24,923 bases of DNA from a bacterium (GTDB lineage Bacteria; RBG-13-61-14; DATKZS01): positions 1-24,923 of the forward strand of contig JAWOBU010000109.1 of assembly GCA_046484135.1 (NCBI GenBank), given 5' to 3'. Position numbers and translations under genes: made by a program. The notes below the pieces were generated by a model. It was not told the DNA's origin. It saw nothing but the letters and a program-made list of their open reading frames with translations, and searched no databases. Below are positions 18,193 to 24,923 of this stretch, in pieces. How positions within the stretch are numbered: position 1 is the first letter of the stretch; each line of letters begins with the position of its first letter.

Positions 18193-18998
18193 AAACACCG
18201 GTGATAGTAACCGGCGCCGCCGGCAAGATGGGAAGAAGGATAACCGCCGCTGTTGTCCGGGACTCCCGCCTCGAGCTGCAAGGGGCAACCGAGGCCCCCC
18301 AACATCCGGAGCTGGGGACCGACGCCGGAGTGCTGGCGGGCACCGGCGCCGCCGGGATCAACTTAACGGACAAACTGGAGAGCCTTATTACCGACCAGAG
18401 CGTGGTCATAGACTTTACCTACCACCAAGCTTCGGTCGCACATGTAAAAGCCTGTGAGCAGCAGGGCTCCGCCATGGTCATCGGGACCACCGGGTTCTCC
18501 GAGGAAGAGAAGAAGGTCATCGAGGACGCGGCATTAAAAATTTCCGTAGTGCTGGCCCCCAACATGAGCCTGGGCGTGAACCTGCTTTTTCATCTTATAG
18601 GAGAGACCGCACGCATCCTGGGCGATGATTTCGATGTCGAGATCGTGGAAGCTCATCACCGGCAGAAGAAAGACGCGCCCTCCGGCACCGCCCTCCGGCT
18701 CGCCGAGATCGCCGCGGCCGCCAAGGGCTGGTCCCCGCAAGACACGGTTCAATACTGCCGGCAAGGGGACATCGGCGCCCGTCCGCTCAAGGAGATCGGG
18801 GTGCAGTCGGTCCGCGGGGGGGACATAGTGGGAGAGCACACCGTAACCTTTGCGGGCCAGGGCGAGAGGATCGAGATATGCCACCGGGCCCACAGCCGCG
18901 ACACCTTTGCCGGGGGGGCCGCCCGGGCCGCCTTGTGGGTAGCCGGCCGGGAGCCCGGTCTTTACTCCATGCAGGACGTGCTCGGTATCGGGACTTGA
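18189..18998 (+). CDS. dapB: 4-hydroxy-tetrahydrodipicolinate reductase
   Basis: VTGAAGKMG, IDFT, IGTTG, APNMSLG, EAHHRQKKDAPSGTA, GDIVGEH; ATGA overlap with dapA puts the start at 18189. Confidence 0.97.
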   Translation: MKTPVIVTGAAGKMGRRITAAVVRDSRLELQGATEAPQHPELGTDAGVLAGTGAAGINLTDKLESLITDQSVVIDFTYHQASVAHVKACEQQGSAMVIGTTGFSEEEKKVIEDAALKISVVLAPNMSLGVNLLFHLIGETARILGDDFDVEIVEAHHRQKKDAPSGTALRLAEIAAAAKGWSPQDTVQYCRQGDIGARPLKEIGVQSVRGGDIVGEHTVTFAGQGERIEICHRAHSRDTFAGGAARAALWVAGREPGLYSMQDVLGIGT

Positions 18999-19090
18999 AA
19001 AGAGACACTTTCTGAAGCACTTCTGCAACCTTTCGGCGGCCGGTTGCCTGCCCCCCTTCAGAGTTTTGCCGGGAGCTCTATAACTTAAAA

Positions 19091-19119
19091 TTGCTCTTAG
19101 CTGACTTGCGTGCTATTAT
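19091..19119 (+). promoter_or_regulatory. putative sigma70 promoter of the oxidoreductase operon
   Basis: TTGCTC (19091-19096), 17-nt spacer, extended -10 TG-C-TATTAT (19111-19119) in an AT-rich spacer. Confidence 0.5.
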
Positions 19120-19314
19120 TTTTTAGCTGGTTTAAAGAATCAATTGAATCTTTTCCCCTGTAGCGGCCGGTTCTTTAAGCCGGCCTGTTCCAACATCGCA
19201 GTTATCTTTATAAGGGCCTTTAGCTAAGCCTGTGTAAAAGGACCTTGCTATGGAAGTTTCAAACACGTGTCCCTACTGTTTTAATAATCAAACTTACTAA
19301 CACGAGGTGTTAAC

Positions 19315-19773
19315 ATGTCAGCAGTCCAGGGTTCTCCCAGCCTCGAGTCTGTACTGTCCTCCCATGAGCGGACGCGGAGCGAGCTTATCCCCATTCTCCA
19401 GGAAGTGCAGGACGCCCAGGGATACTTGAGCGAGGAAGTGGTGGACAGGATAGCCGAGTTCCTCGGCCTGTCCGCCAACGATGTGTACGGCGTGGCCACC
19501 TTTTACGCCCAGTTCCGCTACCGGCCGGTGGGCAGGCACATGGTCAAGGTCTGCCAGGGCACGGCCTGTCACGTGCGGGGAGGCAAACAGATACTGGAGG
19601 CCGTCCGGAAGAAGCTCGGCATCAAGACCGGCGAGACCACCGAGGACGGCGAGTACACCCTCGAGCGGGTCGCCTGTTTCGGCTCGTGTGCGCTGGCGCC
19701 GGTGGTGGTGATAGACGACGTGGTCTACGGCCGTATGAGCCCGAAAAAGACCGAGGAGCTTTTACAAGGATAG
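19315..19773 (+). CDS. NuoE/HydC-like [2Fe-2S] subunit
   Basis: LIPILQEVQ, VYGVATFYAQF, VCQGTACHVRG, ACFGSCALAP; SD GAGGTG. Confidence 0.93.
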   Translation: MSAVQGSPSLESVLSSHERTRSELIPILQEVQDAQGYLSEEVVDRIAEFLGLSANDVYGVATFYAQFRYRPVGRHMVKVCQGTACHVRGGKQILEAVRKKLGIKTGETTEDGEYTLERVACFGSCALAPVVVIDDVVYGRMSPKKTEELLQG

Positions 19774-19776
19774 TAA

Positions 19777-22700
19777 ATGAAATTCGATACGCTGAAAGAG
19801 CAGGCTGACAAGGAATGGGCCGAGTTCACCCGGGCGGATCGGCCTCGCATCCTGGTGGGAAGCGCCACCTGCGGAAGGGCCGCCGGGGCACTCCAGGTCA
19901 TGGAGTCCTTCCGGGAGGAGCTCCGGCAGAGGAACATGGAAGCCGACGTCCGGATGGTCGAGGTTGGCTGCCACGGACTGTGCTTCGCCGAGCCGCTGGT
20001 CGAAATAAAAGACAGAAGCGGAACGGCCGTGCTCTACAAGCAGGTCCGACAAAGGACAGTTCCCAAGCTCCTCGACCAGCACCTCGAAGGAGGGAAGCCG
20101 TGGGCCAAGCGTGCCATGGCCGTCATGGAAGGCGGTCCCCTGGACGGCCTCCCGGACTTCTGGGAACACCCGGTGCTCAAGGACCAGGTAAGGATCGTAC
20201 TTCGAAATTGCGGTTTCATAGACCCGACCAACATGGACCATTACATCGCCCGGGGAGGATACTCGGGCATTGTCCGGGCCTTCTCCATGACCCCCGAGGA
20301 CGTGATCGAACAGATAAAGGACTCCGGCATACGGGGCAGGGGAGGCGCCGGCTTTCCCACCGGCGTCAAATGGGGCTTTGCCAGGAAATCCCCTGAAGAA
20401 GAGAAATACGTGGTGTGCAACGCTGACGAGGGAGACCCGGGCGCTTTCATGGACCGGTCGGTGCTGGAAGGCGATCCCCACGCGGTGCTGGAAGGAATGA
20501 TGATCGCGGGTTATGCCATCGGTGCCGCCCACGGATACGTGTACTGCCGCGCTGAGTACCCGCTTGCCCTCGAGCGGCTCAACATAGCCATCTCCCAGAT
20601 GTACGAGAAGGGGCTCTTGGGCGAGAACATCCTGGGTTCCGGCTTTTCCTATGACATCAAGATCAAGAAGGGCGCGGGCGCGTTCGTGTGCGGGGAAGAG
20701 ACCGCGCTCATGGCGAGCATTGAAGGCCGCCGGGGCATGCCGCGGTCGAAGCCTCCTTTTCCCGCGGCGAGCGGACTGTTCGGCAAGCCGACCAATATAA
20801 ACAACGTGGAGACCCTGGCCGCGGTGTCCGCCATCATGGAAAAAGGCGCCGAGTGGTACAAGCAATACGGTACCGAAAAAAGCCGGGGCACCAAGACGTT
20901 CGCACTGGCCGGCAAAATCCGGAACACCGGTCTTATCGAGGTTCCCATGGGCATCCCGCTTTCGAAGATCATCTTCGAGATGGGGGGCGGCATTCCGAAA
21001 AACAAGAGGTTCAAAGCGGTCCAGACCGGCGGTCCTTCCGGAGGATGTATTCCACCCGAGCATTTGAACCTTCCCATAGACTATGAGCACCTGGCGGAAG
21101 TGGGCTCGATTATGGGCTCGGGCGGCATGATCGTGATGGACGAGGACGCCTGCATGGTGGACGTAGCCAAGTACTTTCTGGGCTTCACTGAAGAGGAGTC
21201 CTGCGGTAAGTGCGTTCCCTGCCGGATGGGGACCCAGCACATGAGACGCATCCTGGAGGACATCACCGAAGGTGGGGGTACTTTTGGCATGCGCCGCAAG
21301 CTCCGGGCCATCGGCGATACCATGAAGAACGGTTCGTTGTGCGGCCTGGGCCAGACAGCTCCCAACCCGGTGCTTAGTACCCTCCACTACTTCAACGAAG
21401 AGTATGAAGCGCACATTTACGACAAACGCTGCCCGGCCGCGGTTTGCCAGGGCCTTTTCAACAGCCCCTGCCAGCACGTGTGTCCCGTCGAGATGGATGT
21501 GCCCGCCTATATCGCCTTGATCCGCGCCGGGCGCCTCGAGGACGCTTACAAGGTGCTGAAGAGGACCAATCCGTTTCCGTCCGTGTGCGGGAGAGTGTGC
21601 GGCCATTACTGCCAGAGCAAATGCCGCCGCACTCAAATGGAGGGACCGGTGGCCATCCGGGCCCTGAAACGGTTTATTACTGACAATGCTCCTGCTCCAG
21701 AAGAACACTGGGTCCCTATAACGAGAGAAGAGAAGATCGCGGTGGTGGGAGGCGGTCCTTCCGGTCTTACTTGCGCTTATAATCTCCGCAAGCGCGGCTA
21801 TCGGACGGTGGTGTTCGAGGCCCGCCAGGAGGCCGGCGGGATGATGAGGTGGGGCATTCCCGAGTATCGCCTTCCCCGCGACGTGCTCCGGCGCGAGATC
21901 AAGGAGATCGAGGACACCGGCGTAGAGATACGGACCGGCACCCGCATAGGTGAAGAAGTTACCATGCAGGAGCTGGATGAGGAGTTTGATTTCATTTACC
22001 TGGCGCTGGGAACTCAGAAGAGCGTGCCCTTGAAGATACCGGGAGAAGACTCGGAAGGCGTGACGGGCGGCATCCAGTTTTTAAACCGGGTGAACTCCGG
22101 TGAACAGGTTGAGGTCGGCAAGAAGGTGGCGGTAATCGGTGGAGGTAACACTGCGGTGGACGCGGCCCGTACTGCTGTTCGGCTGGGCGCGGATGAAGTG
22201 AGCATATACTACCGGCGGGAAGAGAAAGACATGCCCGCCCTTCCGGAAGAGATTCGGGAAGCCCGGGAGGAAGGTGTCAACCTGGAGGTCCTGGTCGGAC
22301 CGGTCCGGGTGATTGAAGAAGGCGGCAAGGCGCGGGGGATCGAGCTTGTCCGCATGGACCTGGGGGACGTTGACCGGAGCGCCCGCCGGAGGCCGGTCCC
22401 GCGGGAAGGTTCCGAGTTCACGGTGGAGACCGATCTCATAGTCGCGGCCATCGGTCAGGACGCCGATCTGGAAATCGGGCCGGGTCGAAGGCGCGCCGGG
22501 CTGGACTTCCAGTACAACCGAATAAAGGTGGACAAGCAGTATCGCGCCGGAGAGGGTAAGGTGTGGGCCGGCGGCGACGTGGTGACCGGCTCGGCAATGG
22601 TGATTGACGCCATCCAGGCGGGACGGGACGCGGCAATGGCCATTGACGCCTCCATCCGGGAAATACATGACGAGGGCCCGTGGGAACCTCCCGAAGAGGA

Positions 22701-22881
22701 CGAGATAGACATCCCTTATATGGAACCGGTGGAGGAGCGCGACCCCGTAGCCATGCCCGAGCTGCCGAAGGAGGAGCGGACCGCGAACTTCCAGGAAGTC
22801 GAGAAGGGCTATACCCTGGAAGAGGCACTCCGGGAAGCGGAGCGTTGTTTGCGCTGTGATTATCGGGGCGAACAGGAGTAA
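19777..22881 (+). CDS. NuoF/HydB-like FMN/NAD subunit fused to an NfnB/GltD-like FAD/NADP(H) domain
   Basis: Trx-like N-terminus (ATCG...GCHGLC), GRGGAGFPTG, NADEGDPGAFMD, GAGAFVCGEET, GGPSGG, CGKCVPC..CGLG, HIYDKRCPAAVC; then PCQHVCP, CGRVCGHYCQSKC, GGGPSG, GIPEYRLP, GGGNTA..YRR; C-terminal EAERCLRC. Confidence 0.92.
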   Translation: MKFDTLKEQADKEWAEFTRADRPRILVGSATCGRAAGALQVMESFREELRQRNMEADVRMVEVGCHGLCFAEPLVEIKDRSGTAVLYKQVRQRTVPKLLDQHLEGGKPWAKRAMAVMEGGPLDGLPDFWEHPVLKDQVRIVLRNCGFIDPTNMDHYIARGGYSGIVRAFSMTPEDVIEQIKDSGIRGRGGAGFPTGVKWGFARKSPEEEKYVVCNADEGDPGAFMDRSVLEGDPHAVLEGMMIAGYAIGAAHGYVYCRAEYPLALERLNIAISQMYEKGLLGENILGSGFSYDIKIKKGAGAFVCGEETALMASIEGRRGMPRSKPPFPAASGLFGKPTNINNVETLAAVSAIMEKGAEWYKQYGTEKSRGTKTFALAGKIRNTGLIEVPMGIPLSKIIFEMGGGIPKNKRFKAVQTGGPSGGCIPPEHLNLPIDYEHLAEVGSIMGSGGMIVMDEDACMVDVAKYFLGFTEEESCGKCVPCRMGTQHMRRILEDITEGGGTFGMRRKLRAIGDTMKNGSLCGLGQTAPNPVLSTLHYFNEEYEAHIYDKRCPAAVCQGLFNSPCQHVCPVEMDVPAYIALIRAGRLEDAYKVLKRTNPFPSVCGRVCGHYCQSKCRRTQMEGPVAIRALKRFITDNAPAPEEHWVPITREEKIAVVGGGPSGLTCAYNLRKRGYRTVVFEARQEAGGMMRWGIPEYRLPRDVLRREIKEIEDTGVEIRTGTRIGEEVTMQELDEEFDFIYLALGTQKSVPLKIPGEDSEGVTGGIQFLNRVNSGEQVEVGKKVAVIGGGNTAVDAARTAVRLGADEVSIYYRREEKDMPALPEEIREAREEGVNLEVLVGPVRVIEEGGKARGIELVRMDLGDVDRSARRRPVPREGSEFTVETDLIVAAIGQDADLEIGPGRRRAGLDFQYNRIKVDKQYRAGEGKVWAGGDVVTGSAMVIDAIQAGRDAAMAIDASIREIHDEGPWEPPEEDEIDIPYMEPVEERDPVAMPELPKEERTANFQEVEKGYTLEEALREAERCLRCDYRGEQE

Positions 22882-22918
22882 AGTCCCCCCCGCATAAAAT
22901 AGGGATCGAGAGGACAAG

Positions 22919-24923
22919 ATGGCTGAGACGATAAACCTTACCATAGACGGCAAAGAGGTCTCCTGCGAGAAGGGATGCACGGTATTAGAAGCCGCCCGGT
23001 CCGCGGGCATATATATACCCACCATGTGCGCGCATGAGGCTCTTCCCGACTACGGCGCTTGCCGGATGTGTATAGTGCAGATCGAAGGGGTCCGCGGCTT
23101 CCCTACCTCGTGCACCACTCCCGCGGAAGACGGCATGAAGGTGGTGACCGAAACCGAGGAGATTAGATCGCTCCGGTCGCGCGTGCTCGAGCTCATGATG
23201 TCGGGACACCCCAACGCCTGCCTCTCCTGCCCCCACCGCAGCGACTGCGAGAAGTACCGGCCGCGTCCCACCAAGGCCGGCCGGACCACCAGGTGCGCCT
23301 TCTGCTCGAACCGCGAGACGTGCCGGCTCCGCAGCATGACCCTCGAGCTCATGGGAGAGGAGCTCAACCTGCAAAGCATGTATTACAACGAGAAGGTGGA
23401 ACGAAGCGATCCCTTTATGGACCGGGACCTGAACCTCTGCATCCTGTGCGGAAGGTGCTGGCGCATCTGCGAAAAAATTCACGGGACCCCAGCCATCAGC
23501 ATCGTGAACCGGGGCAAAGAGGCAAAGATCGGGACCTCGTTCGGAAGAAGCTACGTGGACGCAGGCTGCACCTTCTGCGGCGCCTGCGTGGATATCTGCC
23601 CCACCGGCTCCCTGTCGGACAGGTACGCCAAGTGGTACGGCGAGCCGGACGAGCAGTGGAGCTCCGCCTGCATTATCTGCCCGGAAGGGTGCGCGGTGTG
23701 GACCAGTACGGAAGACAAAAAGATCGTGGCCAACCACATGACCTCCTTTGACCGGGAGGCCCGGCTGTGCGCCATCGGCAGGTTCGCCTATCCCCAGATC
23801 GTCAACTCCCCGGACCGCCTCGTCCGTCCTTATGTAAAGGAAGAGGGAGAGCTCATATCCGCAAGCTGGGACGACGCACTCACCAGGGTAAGCGAAGCCC
23901 TTAAAGACTATAAAGGAGAACAGTTCGCGGTCATTGCCGCTGAGGCTTCTGAAAGAGAAGTGAAGTATCTTTACCAGAGGCTTGCGGAAGAGGTCATGGA
24001 AGGCAGGTTCGGCAAGGTTAAAGCCGACGGAACCATCCATGACCTGGTGCCGCCCGATCTTTATAAAGACCTCGAGAGCGGAAAGGTAAAGGCGGCGATT
24101 GTTGCCGGCGATTACCTTACGCCCGACATGATCGAGATGCTCGATTACCTGGTGGTGATAGACTTCCTTCCCTCGAAAGCCGCCGGCGTGGCGGACACAG
24201 TGCTGCCCGCCGCGGTGCTCTCCGAAACCGGCGGGACCTTTAAGAATCACGAGGGGAACCTGAGACCGATAAGCGCGGCATCCGCTCCGCCGGGCGAGGC
24301 CAGGCCGGAATGGAGGATCATAAGCGAGCTCGCCCGGGCGCTCGGCGCGGCCGGGTTCGACTACAGCAACGTTCACGAGATCACGCCCGAGATAAAAGAC
24401 GACGCCAAGCCGGAACGGCCGGGCAAGGCTCCACGAGACTTTGTGCGGGAGGTCCCCGAGAGCTTCCGCGGCCATTATATAGCCGACTCAGTGTGCGCCC
24501 TGGAGGCCATGGGCCTTCCCATGTCTCCTGTCACGCCTTCAGAAGAAGAGGAAGCGGGGCAGTTTCCCATCCTCGAGAAGGAGGAGATCATACCCAACTT
24601 CCACCTTCTCAAGGTCGAGGCGCCCCAGGTGGCAAAGTTTGCAAAGCCCGGCCAGTTCTGCATTGTCATGGCGCACGAGACCTCGGAGCGGACACCGTTC
24701 ACCCTGGTGGACTGGGACGCGGAAGCCGGGACCATTACCCTGATAGTGGAAGAGGTCGGCCGGTCCAGCCGCGAGATTGCCGCTTTAAACGCCGGGCAGA
24801 GATTGGCCCATGTGTCCGGGCCTCTGGGTACGCCCTTCGAGATTGAAAAAACGGGCACCGTGGTCCTGGGCGGCGGCTGTTACGGCATCGGCGGCATCTA
24901 TCCTATCGCCCGTGCCATGAAGG
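22919..24923 (+). CDS. NuoG/FdhA-like Fe-S relay plus vestigial molybdopterin domain fused to an NfnA/SudB-like domain (3' end beyond the window; not in the ORF track)
   Basis: Hand translation from ATG 22919 (SD GAGAGG) is open to the end: MAETINLTIDGKEV..IPTMC..GACRMC..TSC; CILCGRCWRIC; CTFCGACVDICP; CIICPEGC..LCAIGRF; DRLVRP..SWDDAL; DTVLPAA..ETGGTF; then from 24563 FPILEKEEIIPNFHLLKVEAPQVAKFAKPGQF..ERTPFTLVDWD..GTITLIVEEVGRSS..VSGPLG. Confidence 0.9.
   Translation, partial: MAETINLTIDGKEVSCEKGCTVLEAARSAGIYIPTMCAHEALPDYGACRMCIVQIEGVRGFPTSCTTPAEDGMKVVTETEEIRSLRSRVLELMMSGHPNACLSCPHRSDCEKYRPRPTKAGRTTRCAFCSNRETCRLRSMTLELMGEELNLQSMYYNEKVERSDPFMDRDLNLCILCGRCWRICEKIHGTPAISIVNRGKEAKIGTSFGRSYVDAGCTFCGACVDICPTGSLSDRYAKWYGEPDEQWSSACIICPEGCAVWTSTEDKKIVANHMTSFDREARLCAIGRFAYPQIVNSPDRLVRPYVKEEGELISASWDDALTRVSEALKDYKGEQFAVIAAEASEREVKYLYQRLAEEVMEGRFGKVKADGTIHDLVPPDLYKDLESGKVKAAIVAGDYLTPDMIEMLDYLVVIDFLPSKAAGVADTVLPAAVLSETGGTFKNHEGNLRPISAASAPPGEARPEWRIISELARALGAAGFDYSNVHEITPEIKDDAKPERPGKAPRDFVREVPESFRGHYIADSVCALEAMGLPMSPVTPSEEEEAGQFPILEKEEIIPNFHLLKVEAPQVAKFAKPGQFCIVMAHETSERTPFTLVDWDAEAGTITLIVEEVGRSSREIAALNAGQRLAHVSGPLGTPFEIEKTGTVVLGGGCYGIGGIYPIARAMK

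Noticed and set aside
1594..18288. Other long overlapping ORFs (e.g. 1594-2736, 9465-10625, 12281-13237, 16059-17075, 17296-18288)
   Set aside because: Each lies antisense to a well-supported gene and has no domain signature.
22919..24400. Formate dehydrogenase alpha subunit (possibly selenoprotein), [FeFe]-hydrogenase or complex I NuoG
   Set aside because: No Mo-ligand segment, no in-frame TGA, no H-cluster motifs, and no other nuo genes adjacent in the window.
19762..24475. Long minus-strand ORFs (648 aa, 314 aa, 496 aa) opposite the redox operon
   Set aside because: Antisense shadows of GC-biased genes with no recognisable motifs; the plus-strand frames carry all the conserved signatures.
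1..24923. CRISPR array, tRNA or rRNA genes
   Set aside because: The repeats are dispersed rather than regularly spaced, and no tRNA or rRNA signatures were seen.

Overview
A GC-rich chromosomal window from an anaerobe, probably Deltaproteobacteria/Desulfobacterota-like (inferred from gene content and order only). Core genes: xerC-hslV-hslU-[REC-GAF-GAF]-argB; mnmA-mtaB-rnc-MFS on the minus strand; dapA-dapB. Also present: signalling genes (degenerate PilZ::cNMP protein, REC-GGEEF diguanylate cyclase), a core/MesB-like methionine synthase, and two tandem lipoprotein cyclophilins (one apparently inactive) followed by a MacB-type permease. Two things stand out. (1) At the right end is a three-gene flavin/Fe-S operon: NuoE/HydC-like, then NuoF/HydB fused to an NfnB/GltD domain, then an ORF absent from the supplied track (22919 to the window end) in which a NuoG/FdhA Fe-S relay and a gutted molybdopterin domain are fused to an NfnA domain. 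This looks like a chimera of the HydABC-type and NfnAB-type electron-bifurcation machines. (2) Five intergenic regions carry a family of REP-like hairpins (GTGC/GTGG-GA-stem-loop-GA). These include an identical inverted pair in front of rnc and a covarying doublet inside a 131-bp MITE with 15-bp TIRs and a 4-bp target duplication. All calls come from reading motifs by eye; no database searches were run, so novelty is not established.
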